In this document: piece by piece, positions 10,663 through 21,384 of the stretch
Layout of the letters: every line of letters starts with the position of its first letter
Position numbering within the stretch: position 1 is the first letter of the stretch
Assembly (NCBI GenBank): GCA_963739455.1
Contig: CAVUAK010000002.1
Span: 128,001-192,000, forward strand
DNA from: an uncultured Gemmatimonadales bacterium
GTDB taxonomy: Bacteria > Gemmatimonadota > Gemmatimonadetes > Gemmatimonadales > GWC2-71-9
Reading direction: 5' to 3'
Length of the DNA stretch: 64,000 bases
The notes under the pieces: generated by a model
What the model saw: the letters and a program-made list of their open reading frames with translations, nothing else
What the model was told of the DNA's origin: nothing
Database searches by the model: none
Translations under genes and position numbers: made by a program

Positions 10663-11178
10663 ACGCCTACGGACGGCCGGGCCTCTGCGCCTCCCCCGCC
10701 CGGCCGCCGCGCCTGCCGGGCCTGCTTGAGCGCATCGAGCAGGCGCTCGCGCAGTGAGTAGTACTGGGCTCGCTGCACCGGCGTCAGGAACCCGAGCTGC
10801 TTGTTCTCTTCCCGGTAACTCTCGGCGTATTTCACCTTGAGGTCGAGCAGCTGGTTCACGATGCGGCTGACGCTGTCCGGGTTCGCTGCGATTCCTGGAC
10901 GGAGCTGACCGGATAGTGCCTCGCGCAGGTTGCGCTCCTCACCCTCCATGGCCCGGCGCTTGTCGTACCAGCCACCGGCCACTTCCTTGAGCCTGGCCGT
11001 CTGCTCATCGGTGAGGCCCAGTTCGGTCTTCACCCGCTCGGTGAATCGCTCCTCGACCCGCTGCCGCATCTCCGCCGAGCCCAGTCGGCGCGCCCAGTGT
11101 GCTGTCCTGCGCCAGCGCCGGCGTCGCACTGCCCACCAGCATCAGCAACCCGAGCAGCGAAAGTCTTCCGTATGACAT
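10638..11178 (-). CDS. Periplasmic Spy/CpxP-like helical protein, frameshifted near 11085
   Basis: Signal peptide MSYGRLSLLGLLMLVGSATPALAQ (start overlaps the anti-sigma stop); LGLTDEQ and LTPVQRAQY (LTxxQ) motifs in the second frame. Confidence 0.65.
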
Positions 11179-11708
11179 CAGCTCTCCTCCCATGAGCGCA
11201 GCGCGCCCTCCACCTGTGACATGTCCAGTCCCTCGAGATCGGGACCATCGAGCGAACTCCCCGGCACGGCCGGCTCATCGAACTCCACCAGCACCATCTC
11301 CAGTTCTGCCGGTGCGGCATCGTCCAGCTCAGCCAGCTGCAATTCCGCCGGCAACGTGATCCCGATGGCAGGGCCCTGCCGTCCCGGCGTCACCCCACCA
11401 TTTCGCGGCACCATGACGAGCAACAGCATCGCTGCGATTGCGAGTAGCCCCACGACGGTCACCCGCCGCACTCGCCTGTTCCGCTGGTCCTCCCGCGCCG
11501 CTCCATGCAGCCGTTCCAGCAGTCCGGACGTCAGGCGAGCGGCATCCACCGTAACGTCGCGCCCCATCGTGGCTGCCACCGACACGAGTTCCCACTCGGC
11601 CGAGCACTCGGCACAGCCGGCGAGATGCTCTCGCTCGGTCGCTGTCCACTCGCCACGCCCCGATGCCACCACAGGCATCCGGTCCGAAACCGCATCGCAC
11701 ATGGTCAC
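11178..11708 (-). CDS. Zinc-binding anti-sigma factor (ZAS type), single TM
   Basis: HLAGCAEC (HxxxCxxC), TM segment VTVVGLLAIAAMLLLVMV, GTGA overlap with the sigma stop. Confidence 0.8.
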   Translation of the reverse strand: MTMCDAVSDRMPVVASGRGEWTATEREHLAGCAECSAEWELVSVAATMGRDVTVDAARLTSGLLERLHGAAREDQRNRRVRRVTVVGLLAIAAMLLLVMVPRNGGVTPGRQGPAIGITLPAELQLAELDDAAPAELEMVLVEFDEPAVPGSSLDGPDLEGLDMSQVEGALRSWEES

Positions 11709-12253
11709 GACATCAGCTCCTTGAGCCGTTTCACCGCATGGTGGTAGTGCACGCGCGCCGCACCCGGCGTAGTGCCAAGAGCAACGGCGATGTCTCCGTA
11801 CTCGCATCCCTGCTGCGCCCGCATCAGGAACACCTCTCGCTGGAGCCGGGGCAGCGCCAGCAGTCCTGCGCGGAGCCGCGCCTCAGATTCGTTCGCTGCC
11901 GCTTCTTCGTGCGGGTTGGAGGCATCGACGACCTGGTCGTCCTCGATCGAGACGACCTGCCGCCCACGTTGCCGCCGGTATTCATCCTTGAGCAGGTTGC
12001 CGGCGATACAGCAGAGCCAGCTCCTGAGGGACGCCTCGCCCCGCCAGGTGTCGAGCTTCCGGAATCCCCGGAACAGCGCCTCCTGGACCAGGTCGTCCAC
12101 GTCGCTTCGACCCGCCCCGGAACTGTACAGGAAGCGCGCAACGGCCCCGGCGTGCCGCCGGACAATCTCGGCCGCTGCGCTCTCATCGCCCGCGCGCCAG
12201 GCCGCGGCCAGGGATGCGTCGGTATGCGGCTCGGATGGCGTCATCGCTACCAT
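11705..12253 (-). CDS. ECF RNA polymerase sigma-70 factor
   Basis: DDLVQEALFR..LRSWL (region 2), LPRLQREVFLMR..YGDIAVALG..ARVHYHHA (region 4). The start may be ATG 12244. Confidence 0.93.
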   Translation of the reverse strand: MVAMTPSEPHTDASLAAAWRAGDESAAAEIVRRHAGAVARFLYSSGAGRSDVDDLVQEALFRGFRKLDTWRGEASLRSWLCCIAGNLLKDEYRRQRGRQVVSIEDDQVVDASNPHEEAAANESEARLRAGLLALPRLQREVFLMRAQQGCEYGDIAVALGTTPGAARVHYHHAVKRLKELMS

Positions 12254-12254
12254 G

Positions 12255-12280
12255 TACGGGCTGTGGACGACGGGAGTTGG
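12255..12280 (-). promoter_or_regulatory. Putative autoregulatory ECF promoter
   Basis: Minus strand CCAAC-17 nt-CGTA directly upstream of the sigma gene, matching the general AAC/CGT ECF promoter pattern. Confidence 0.55.
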
Positions 12281-12414
12281 ATAGTGTTAAGGAACCGGTC
12301 GCCGAGATAGTGTACAGGGCGACAAGTGCCCATGGCGTGCCGCGGCAAGTATATTGAGTGCAAGCCGCTGCGCCATCCCGCGGCGATCGTCGTTCTCCCT
12401 GACATCCGGACTCC

Positions 12415-13093
12415 ATGGCTCGACCGCTCAGCATCGGACACCGTGGTGCATCCGGCCACGAGCACGAGAACAGTCGCGCCGCCTTTCGTCGCGCCCGGGC
12501 CCTGGGTGCAGAAGGGGTCGAACTCGACATCCATGCGACGCATGACGGCGCCATCGTCGTCCATCACAACCCGATCCTCGAGGGCCTGGGCCGGATCGGC
12601 GACCTGACTCTCGACGCGGTCCAGCAGCATCACCTCCCCAACGGCGAGACCGTCCCGCTGCTGAGCGAGGTCCTCACCCTGCTGCGCGGCATGGATGTGT
12701 GGGTGGAGGTGAAGGGCATCGAGGAGTACCTCGATGCCGTGCTCCTTCGCACCCTGCACACCGGCCCTGAGCCCGAGCGCTACGCGGTCCATTCCTTCGA
12801 TCATCGCATCGTGCGCCGCCTGGGCGAGCGCGATGGTGCGCTGCGCCGCGGGGTGCTTCTCGACGCGCGCCTCATCGATCCCGCTGCCGGTGCTCGCCGC
12901 CGCAGGGGCCACGGTGCTGTGGCAGGCGCAGGTCATGGTCGACCGCGCCCTGGTGGACGAGTTGCATCGTGCCGGCAGGCGCATCATTGCCTGGACGGCC
13001 AACGACGACGCCGACCTGAGCCGCCTCATCGCGTGCGGCGTCGACGGGATCTGCACCGACTATCCCGAGCGCGTGGTGGCCCTGCGGAGCTAG
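12415..13093 (+). CDS. Glycerophosphodiester phosphodiesterase, frameshifted near 12880
   Basis: IGHRGASG..ENSRAAF, VELDIH, VEVKG, HSFD; AWTAND..GVDGICTDYP in the second frame. Confidence 0.9.
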
Positions 13094-13112
13094 GCGGCGG
13101 CTCGTGCGCACG

Positions 13113-13147
13113 AAAAAGGCGGTCGGGCATGTTGCCGCGACCGCCTC
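13113..13147 (-). terminator. Rho-independent terminator after rpmA
   Basis: Minus strand AGGCGGTCG...CGACCGCCT followed by TTTT. Confidence 0.75.
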
Positions 13148-13167
13148 TCAACTCCTGGAACCCCGGC

Positions 13168-13440
13168 TCAGGCGGTAGCCTGCGCCTCCACGGGGTAGAC
13201 CGAGATCTTCTTCCGGTCCTTGTCCTTCCACTCGAACTTCACCACACCGTCCACGAGCGCGAAGAGCGTGTCGTTCGTCGCCTTCTTGACGTTCTTCCCG
13301 GGGTGGAACTTGGTGCCCTTCTGCGTCACCAGGATGTTCCCTGCGCGTACCACTTCGCCACCGTACTTCTTGATGCCGAGGTACTGCGGGTTGCTGGTGC
13401 GTCCGTTGCGGCTGGAGCCTACGCCCTTCTTGTGTGCCAT
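13168..13440 (-). CDS. rpmA: 50S ribosomal protein L27
   Basis: [14 protein letters not shown]...[16 protein letters not shown]...[11 protein letters not shown]. Confidence 0.98.
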   Translation of the reverse strand: MAHKKGVGSSRNGRTSNPQYLGIKKYGGEVVRAGNILVTQKGTKFHPGKNVKKATNDTLFALVDGVVKFEWKDKDRKKISVYPVEAQATA

Positions 13441-13443
13441 GGC

Positions 13444-13762
13444 TTAGCCCACCTTCACGTCAGTAATGCGGACTTCGGTGTGCTTCTGCCGATGTCCGGT
13501 CTTGCGGCGATAGTTCTTGCGGCGCTTGAACTTGAAGACGTACAGCTTCTCGTCCTTGCCATGGCCAACGACTTCGGCCAGTACCTTCGCACCCTTCACC
13601 AGCGGCGCGCCGGCGGTGATGGTCGGTGCCGTCGGACGAGAGGAGCACCTCGTCGAAGGTGATCTTGGCGCCCGGTTCCGCGACCATCAGCGGAAGCTTG
13701 AGCGTCTTGCCCTTTTCGGCCCGGAACTGCTTGCCGAGCGCGCGGAAGATTGCGTAAGACAT
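13444..13762 (-). CDS. rplU: 50S ribosomal protein L21, one indel
   Basis: [16 protein letters not shown]; second frame [24 protein letters not shown]; lies upstream of rpmA. Confidence 0.96.
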
Positions 13763-13818
13763 GACATCCTGCCGTGTGGCTATTACGTCGAGACGTTTAC
13801 GTGAAAAACTAGCCCGCA

Positions 13819-13847
13819 AGTATAGACAGGGGATGGGTTTCGGGCAA
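13819..13847 (-). promoter_or_regulatory. sigma70 promoter of rplU-rpmA
   Basis: TTGCCC-17 nt-TATACT on the minus strand. Confidence 0.75.
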
Positions 13848-13853
13848 GACCCC

Positions 13854-15617
13854 CTACTTCACCACCGCTATCCCCAGGGGCTGCCCCAGGCCAGTGGCCG
13901 CCCCCTTGATGGTCCGCACGCTGGAAACCGTCAGGTTCGGCGCCACCCCCGCCGTCTGGATCACATAGATGGCATTGCCGCTGTAGTCCACCAGGTAGAT
14001 CACGGGTGGTGTCACCCCCGCGTCCAGCAGCACCCCTCCCGGATAGGAAATTGGAACCGCAGGAGCGCCGATGGTGGCCGTGGGTGCCGTGGCCCCAGTG
14101 GCGGTCAGGGGGAACAGGGCGATCCCGGTGCCTGGGCTGCTCAACGCGATCGTGTTCCCACCGACGCTCATCGCCTGGGTGTTGGCAGTGCTGGGGGTGA
14201 AGCTCCGGATCGGGGCGACGTTCCCCGTGCTTCCGGGGGCGTAGACATTCACGGTGCCGCCGAACGCATTCGAGACAATGATGTTGCCGCTGGCGTCCCG
14301 GTCGATCCCGGAGGGCACGCTGAGGACGGTGTTGCCGCCATCGATGCTGTAGTCGCTCGTGGTGGCACCGCTGGCGAAGTGGAAGACGCCGGTCGCTCCC
14401 CCCGCGGCGGATCCGCAGTTGGGGCAGGTACCCACCAGCAGTTCGTCGCCCGGCCCCACATCGATCACCTGGGGTGACCATTCAGCCCCGTTCGTCAGCG
14501 TCCGGCTCGGCGCCACATCGCCGGTCGCAGTCTGGGGGTACATGGTGACCTTCGCTCCCGTCCGGTTCGCCACATAGAGGTTCCCCTGCGTGTCCATCCC
14601 GATCCCGATCGGCAGCGATAGCTGGGTGCTTGCACCCTTGATCACCCGCACCGGCGCCGCATTTCCGGTGGCATCCAGCGCGAACACCCGAATGGAATTG
14701 TCGGCGGCATTGGTGACGTAGATGCCGGCGGCGCCCTGCGCTGGCGTCTCCGGGTCCACTGCGGCGAACGGGCTGAAGTTCCGTACCCGCCCGCCGATGC
14801 CGGGGCGGCGTGCCAGGAGTGACGCGCCCCGCAGCGTGCTCGGCCCTACGCCGTCACAATCGAGAAACGGTGCCTCCACCCGCTCGAGCAGTTCGATCGC
14901 CGACGGATCGCTGGGGTCGGGATGGGCCAGTTGCAGGCGGTTGAAGACATCGTCGGGCGCATAGTACGGACTCGAGGACTCGGTCACCTGGCAAACGCCG
15001 ATGATGGCATCGGCCGCCAGGGTGATCACTGGCGTGAAGGTGAACTCGTAGAAGAGGGGGTACTGGTCCAGGCTGGTGGGAAGCGGCCCATCAGTCGGCG
15101 AATGTGCTGAAGCATCGGGCAGCCGATCAGCCACCAGCAGGGCCGGCCGACTCAGCGCCCCCGCAGGAATGTCGATGCCCGCGTGGAGGGTCTGGGTCGT
15201 GAAGGTGCCGCCGGTTGCCTCGACCACTGCCACGATTCCCTCGTTGCCGAAGCTCGAGGGGCTGAGCGGCGGCGTCCCCAGCCCTGCCGTGGCAAACACA
15301 TCCTTGAGGAAGCTGCTCAGGGAGGCCGGTAGCCCCGCCCCACCCTCCAGGCGTCCCGCCTGGAATTCGCCGAGCGTCAGCGTAGCGAGCGAGAAGGCCC
15401 GTTCATCCGCCGTTGCGTTGTCCCCCGCCGCGGCAGCTGCCTCGAGCTGGTCAGACAGCCCTACCGCCTCGTTCTCCGCGGTACCCGCTGGAAAGATCTC
15501 CTTCGCCTGGACGGCGAGCCCATCGGGCCCGCCGCCCCCGCCGTCGCTCCCACAACCCGCCAGCAACGACACAAGAAAAATCGCAGCCAGCGGGCTGGCC
15601 TGACGGAACGACGGCAT
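13854..15617 (-). CDS. Lipoprotein with ZU5-like region and C-terminal NHL/beta-propeller repeats
   Basis: Lipobox LLAGC; repeats such as GIYVTN, PIGIGMDTQGNLYVAN, PSGIDRDASGNIIVSN, GNVAPIR. Confidence 0.7.
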   Translation of the reverse strand: MPSFRQASPLAAIFLVSLLAGCGSDGGGGGPDGLAVQAKEIFPAGTAENEAVGLSDQLEAAAAAGDNATADERAFSLATLTLGEFQAGRLEGGAGLPASLSSFLKDVFATAGLGTPPLSPSSFGNEGIVAVVEATGGTFTTQTLHAGIDIPAGALSRPALLVADRLPDASAHSPTDGPLPTSLDQYPLFYEFTFTPVITLAADAIIGVCQVTESSSPYYAPDDVFNRLQLAHPDPSDPSAIELLERVEAPFLDCDGVGPSTLRGASLLARRPGIGGRVRNFSPFAAVDPETPAQGAAGIYVTNAADNSIRVFALDATGNAAPVRVIKGASTQLSLPIGIGMDTQGNLYVANRTGAKVTMYPQTATGDVAPSRTLTNGAEWSPQVIDVGPGDELLVGTCPNCGSAAGGATGVFHFASGATTSDYSIDGGNTVLSVPSGIDRDASGNIIVSNAFGGTVNVYAPGSTGNVAPIRSFTPSTANTQAMSVGGNTIALSSPGTGIALFPLTATGATAPTATIGAPAVPISYPGGVLLDAGVTPPVIYLVDYSGNAIYVIQTAGVAPNLTVSSVRTIKGAATGLGQPLGIAVVK

Positions 15618-15667
15618 CTAGGGACTCCGGATCTCAGCAGGAGGTGGGTCGGGAGATGATACGGCCC

Positions 15668-15702
15668 AAAAGAAAAGGGCGATAGATCTCCTATCGCCCT
15701 TC
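15668..15702 (-). terminator. Rho-independent terminator after rne/rng
   Basis: Minus strand AAGGGCGATAG-GAGAT-CTATCGCCCTT followed by TTCTTTT. Confidence 0.85.
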
Positions 15703-15708
15703 CAGCCA

Positions 15709-15740
15709 CTTCACGTCCTCACGTCTTCACGTCTTCAGGT
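15709..15740. repeat. Tandem 8-mer repeat (CTTCACGT) x4, imperfect
   Basis: cttcacgt cctcacgt cttcacgt cttcaggt between the rne stop and its terminator. Confidence 0.8.
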
Positions 15741-17419
15741 CATGCAACCGCGTACTGCTGCGTCACGTCCCTTCCCGCCGGCCGGCTCATGAGCCGGAAG
15801 TCGTCCAGGCGGATCATCGGGTCGTCCCGCAACTCCAGGTCGAGTCCGGTCAGCTTCTGCAGCGTCTGGAGCAGCTTCGGCTCCTCCTCCAGCAGGTAGA
15901 GCGCCACCTCGGGGTGCAGCCGGACCGTCAGCTGCCGCTCCCGGTGCTCATGGCCCGGCCCGCTTGAGCGAGCGCTCCAGCCGTCGGGCCACCACCTCCG
16001 GCGTGAAGACACGGCCCGTTGCCGGCACAGGTGGGGCAGTCGAACGTCATCGAGTGCCACAGCGACGGCCGGACGCGCTGGCGCGTCATCTCGACCAGCC
16101 CGAGCTCCGACACCGCGAGCGCCTTGGTGCGCGCCCGGTCGCGGCCGAGGTGCGTGCGCAGCTCCTGGAGCACCGGTCGCGGTTGGCGCGCGTCTCCATG
16201 TCGATGAAGTCGCAGACGATGATGCCGCCGATGTCGCGCAGGCGGATCTGGCGCGCGATCTCGCGGGACGCCTCGAGATTGGTGCGAAGGATCGTCTTCT
16301 CCGGATCCTTCTTGCCGGTGTAGCGACCGGTGTTCACGTCGATGGAGATGAGCGCCTCGGTCGGCTGGATGATGATCGAGCCGCCGGTGGGAAGCTCGCA
16401 GCGCGCCTTGAAGAGGTCGCGGATTTCCGACTCGATGTCGTACTTGTCGAACAGCGGCGTCGACTCGGTGTACATGTGCACCCGCTGCATCAGGTCGGGA
16501 TCGACCTGCTGCAGGTACTGCTCGATCTCGTGGTGCAGCTCCTTCGAGTCGACCTGCAGCGCGTCGACCTTCCAGCTGAACAGGTCGCGGATGATGCCGC
16601 GGGTGAGGCTCGTCTCCCGCTGCAGCAGCGCCGGCGCCTTGCGGACGAAGGTCTTCTTCCGGTTGATCTTCTTCCAGAGGTTGAGCAGCGAGTCGACCTC
16701 GCGCTGGAAGTTCTCCTCCGTGACCCCCTCGGCCACGGTGCGCACGATCATGCCGCCGGAATCGGCGCGGCAGGAGCCGGCCCACCATTTCACGCAGCTT
16801 CGCCCGCTCCTCGCGGCTCTCGATCTTGCGGCTGACGCCCACCTTGCGAGGCGAACGGCATGTAGACGAGGAAACGACCGGGGAGGGAGATCTGGGCGGT
16901 GACCCGGCAGCCCTTGGTGCTGATGGGCTCCTTGGTGACCTGGACGACGAGGTTCTGGCCCTTCTTCAGGATGTCGGCGATGTTCGGCAGTGCCCGGCGG
17001 CTGGACACCTCGCGCTGGCGGGCCTCGTTGCCACCACCATTGCCGTTGCCACGCTTTCGCCGGCCACGCCAGTTTTTCTGGTCGTCGCCGCTCGAGCTGG
17101 CGTCGGACTCGCCCGAGTCCTGGGCCGGCTCCTCGTCCACCTCGTCGTGCTCATCGGCCTCGTCGTCGGACGGCTCGTCGTCGTCCTCGTCGGGCTCCAG
17201 GAGATCGGAGGCGTGGAGAAAGGCACTCTTCTCCTGACCGATGTCCACGAACGCGGCTTGAATTCCGGGGAGGACGGCGTCGACCCGTCCGAGGTAGATG
17301 TCGCCGACTGTGCGGCGGTGATCGGGGCGGTCGACCAGAAGTTCGACCAGCCGATCATCTTCGAGGATGGCCAGGCGCGTCTCGCGCTGGCTCCCGTTGA
17401 TGAGGATCTCGCGCTTCAC
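15740..17419 (-). CDS. Ribonuclease E/G family, several indels
   Basis: GDIYLGRV..VLPGIQAAFVDIG, VQVTKEPISTKG, IDVNTG, LRDIGGIIVCDFIDM, GLVEMTRQR across frames; acidic/basic insertion in the S1 region. Confidence 0.93.
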
Positions 17420-17658
17420 GAGCGGACCTCAGCCGCACCCACGTACTCCCCCTGCGGCTGGTTCGGCCACCGAGGAAACGGGACACGGCATGCGCAAGGT
17501 TAGGTGGGGCGTGTCCGCTCACCGGCGGCACTGCCCCGAGCATCAGGCCCTCGGCGCCAAATCGGTAGCGAGGGCGGCAACATGAGCGTTACACCCCGAC
17601 ATCACAGCCCGACTGGCCAGCGGGCGCTTCGGTGGTGCTGCGCTGCAAGACTGCTCTA

Positions 17659-17687
17659 AAGGTAAGATGAGCAATCGTTTAGGGCAA
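17659..17687 (-). promoter_or_regulatory. sigma70 promoter of rne/rng, implying a ~235-nt 5' leader
   Basis: TTGCCC-17 nt-TACCTT on the minus strand. Confidence 0.6.
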
Positions 17688-17689
17688 TA

Positions 17690-18906
17690 TCAGCCGTTGA
17701 CGATGTCACCCAGAATGTGCCGCGCGATGACCAGGCGCTGGATTTCGCTGGTTCCCTCGCCGATCTCGCAGACCTTGGCGTCACGCATCATCCGCTCGAC
17801 CGGATATTCGGTGGTGTAGCCGTAGCCGCCGAAGATCTGGACAGCCTTTGTGGTCGCGCGCATGGCCAGTTCCGAGCAGAACAGCTTGGCCATGGCCGCT
17901 TCCTTCTTGAACGGCTTGCCGTTCTGCTTGAGCCAGGCGGCATGGTACAGCAGGTGGGTACCGGCCTCGATTTCCAGTGCCATGTCGGCCAGCTGGAAGC
18001 TGATCCCCTGGAACGATCCGATCGCCTTCCCGAACTGCTTCCGGTACCCCGGCGTACTTGAGCGCCTCGTCGTAGGCCCCCTCGGCGATGCCCAGCGACA
18101 GGGCGGCAATGCCGATGCGGCCGGCGTCCAGGGTCTTGAGGAAGTTGACGAACCCGTCGCCCACCTTGCCCAGGACGTTCTCCTTCGGGATGATCGCGTC
18201 CTCGAAGACGAGCTCACGGGTGTCGCTGGCCCTCCACCCCATCTTGTCTTCCTTCTTGCCGGCCCGGACTCCCTTGATCTTGGGCAGGTCGGCGGCGTGT
18301 CCCACCCCGACGCGCTTTGCCTCGTCCAGGTCCACCGTGTCCTTGGTGACCAGCAGGCTGGTGATGCCCCGGTTACCCGGCCCGGTCGCGCGCAGTGACG
18401 CTGAAGATCTCTCCCACGCCGGCGTGGGTGATGAAGATCTTCGACCCGTTGAGCAGGTAGTGATCGCCCTTGTCGACCGCAGTGGTGGCGGTGCCGCCGG
18501 CATCACTGCCGGCGCCCGGCTCCGTCAGCCCGAAGCCGCCGAGCACCTTGCCCGAGGCGAGCAGCGGCACGTACTGCTCCTGCTGCGCCTTGGTGCCGAA
18601 GTCCATGATCGGCGACGTGCCGAGGTTGGTGTGGGCGCTGATGGTGAGGGCGTGACTCGCGTCCACCTTCGCCAGCTCATGAATCGTGATGTAGTAGGAC
18701 AACTGGTCCATCCCTGCCCCGCCCATCTCCTCACTCCATGGCACCCCGAGCAGGCCGAGGTCGGCCATCTTCCGGATGTTGTCCCAGGGGAAGGTGGAGG
18801 TGCGGTCGAGTTCGCGGGCGACGGGAGCGACTTCGGTGCGGCCAAACTCACGCACCATGTCGCGGACCTGAAAGTGCTGCTCGGATAGGTAGAGGGAGAG
18901 ATCCAT
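17690..18906 (-). CDS. Acyl-CoA dehydrogenase (short/branched-chain like), frameshifted
   Basis: [59 protein letters not shown]. Confidence 0.93.
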
Positions 18907-18923
18907 GGGGTCGGAATATACGC

Positions 18924-21384
18924 CTAGAAGCTGAGCGTGCCCGAGAAGGCGAAAGTCCAGCGGTTGATCCGTGACGTCCTTTACGAACAGGAAATCGGTG
19001 CTGGACGTAACGCCCAGGTTGTGGGTAAACCACACCGCTTCCGCCTTCACGCCAATGCTCGGGCCGCCGATTTTCCGGATCGGGATGTACTCGAAGCCGG
19101 CGCCAAGGTTCCAGGTGTTGGGAAGGAGGTTATTGAAGAAGCTGGGCCGCCGCACCCACGGGGAGGTGCCGTCGCCCAGGATCTCGCCGGCAAATGTCGC
19201 ATCGTTCAGCTGATACCAGCTCAAGCCGTAGCCGCCCTTGATGTACGGCTGGAATCCGTCGATGGCCAGGTTGTACCGCATGCTGCCGACGAACTCCCAG
19301 AAGTCGAGGTTGGCCCGCAACTGGTATTCGCCAGGCGCGCCGACGACAACCACCGTCTCCCCGATGGTGCTGTTGGAGTGCCGCAGGCTGCTCTCGCTGA
19401 CGAAGCGCCGCCCGACATACAGGTTGACCCCGACCAGCCATTGCACCGCGAGGTCATTGAGGCTGCCAGTCGTCCGCGCTTCTACGCTGTCGCTGCCGGC
19501 GAGGGTCGCAAACTCGTTGATCAGCGGGATGAACAGCTCGTTGAACCCGAAGAGCCCCATCCATTCGTCCTTCGGCTTGAACATCGATACGCCACCGGAA
19601 AACCCCCAGGACCGGAATGGCACCGTGTTCGCCGGGAAGAACGCCGGGCCCGAACTCTTCCGGGTGGCGCGTGCCGGTGCGCTGAGCACCCGGTAGATGA
19701 TGTCAAACCCCGGCAGCGTTGCGATCAATGGCACGGTGAGGTTGAAGTAGCCCCAGCCGGTCTGGAAGTTGTCCTGGATGCTCGCGGGAAACTGCGCGCT
19801 CAGGCGATTGGGGTCGTAGGTGCCGTAGCCTGCCGCCTCCCCAGTTCGGTTCCAGCCGCTGTTGAATGGCGGGCTCGCAATGGAGGAGTTGCCGGTTTCA
19901 GCGTACTTGACGATGCCGGCGAAGGGCGACACGGTGGCCGGGTACCCGAACCGGATGGGCAGGACGAGCCAGAGCCACTCGGCGCGCGCGGCCGCATCGT
20001 CCTCCACCATCGGGAGGACGCGTTCCCAGTCGGGCACGAGCTGCGAGGCGGGCGGGATTGTCGAGGCGCACGATCGGCGCCGTTTCCGGTGCGTTCGAGT
20101 CGGGCGGCTGCCGGAACTCGTTCCACCGGTGCTTCACCAGCTCGCCCGTGCCCTGTGGACCGACATCCTTGTAGAGCGCGACAAACGGATAGCTGCCATG
20201 ACTGGCCCGTCCCAGCGAGGTGGGCTTGGAGATCAGCGCCTGCAGGCCCCGGTTGTCACCCCCGATGAACACGATCGGGTGAAAGTTGAACACCGTTTCC
20301 GCATCGTCCATGTACGCCTGGTTGCGGATCTGCTCCCAGATCTTCTTCTCGCCGACCCGGTCTGCCGGCAGGGCGTCCATCTGCTTCTCCCATGCGTCGC
20401 GCGGCAGGTAGACGTTGGGCTCGAAATAGTCGAGACGGAATACCCAGTGATGGAAGTAGTACTGGAGCTCGCGGGTAATGATGTCGTCGAGCGGTGGCGG
20501 ACTCGCGAGGAACGCGCGCATTTCGTCGGCTGAGAGGCCCTCCGCGCCTTGCGCCCGGGTCGTCAGCAGGACGTTGAGGTGCTCCCAGTCGCCCTCGTGG
20601 ATGTTGCCGGCGTCATTGTACGGGTAGAAGAACCAGTACTGCAGCACGAGCCGATATCGCGGGTCGGCCGCAGGCCGGCCGGCAACCTCGACGATGAACG
20701 GGTGCACGAACGTCTTCGCGAAGCCGAGGTACTCTCGCTTGAGGCTCGCCGTTCGACCCGGTGTACTCCGCATGCCAGGTGGCCGGGCTTTCGCCGGGAA
20801 ACTGGAAGTACATCACCGTGGCGGCGTCGCGGTCAGGCTGCACCGGCTGTGGCGGATGGCGAGACTCGGGGCCGTACTTGCCGAGGAGCGCCAGGATCCT
20901 GCAGTCGGGAACGGTATCGTTGGCGGCATCCGCTGCCGAGACGGGACACGGCTGCCTCGCCACAGCCTGCATGTTGATCGAGCTGCTGCTCACCAGTCGC
21001 GGCGCGTCACTCGAGATATCAAACCGATCCACGAAGAGCGGAAAGGTCACTCCCTGGTAGATGAACTTCTGCCAGTCCATGGGGAAGTCGACGGTGTTGC
21101 GCACCATCCAGGGTGCGAAGCGCGCCGAGAGCAGGAGCAGCCACCGGTCACGCGCGTCGTCGATGCCATTGCGCGGATCGACGTCCACATATCCCGGCGC
21201 CGACGTATCCCCATACAGCTGGAACAGCGCGGTGGAGGGCTGCTGCGCGATGGGGAGCGGCAGTCCGGGAGTGAGATAGGTCAGGTAGGTGGGACTCGGG
21301 AATCTCCTGCGCGCGCGCAGTTCGCGCGATCATCATCGCGCCAGGCAGGAGAGTCGCGAGTGCCACCGCGCGGAGCTTACGCAT
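18924..21384 (-). CDS. Large secreted protein: Vps62/DUF946-like domain plus C-terminal outer-membrane beta-barrel, several indels
   Basis: Signal peptide ending TARAQ; QYWFFYPYNDAGNIHEGDWEH, ASHGSYP; C-terminal strands (FQPYIKGGYG, WNLGAGFEY) ending SGTLSF. Joined from ORFs 21148-21384, 20613-21188, 19898-20773 and 18373-20037. Confidence 0.6.

Noticed and set aside
18373..20037. ORF joining a beta-barrel to an acyl-CoA dehydrogenase N-terminus
   Set aside because: An indel near 18965 bypasses the barrel's own SGTLSF-stop at 18924; the dehydrogenase has its own ATG and -10 box.
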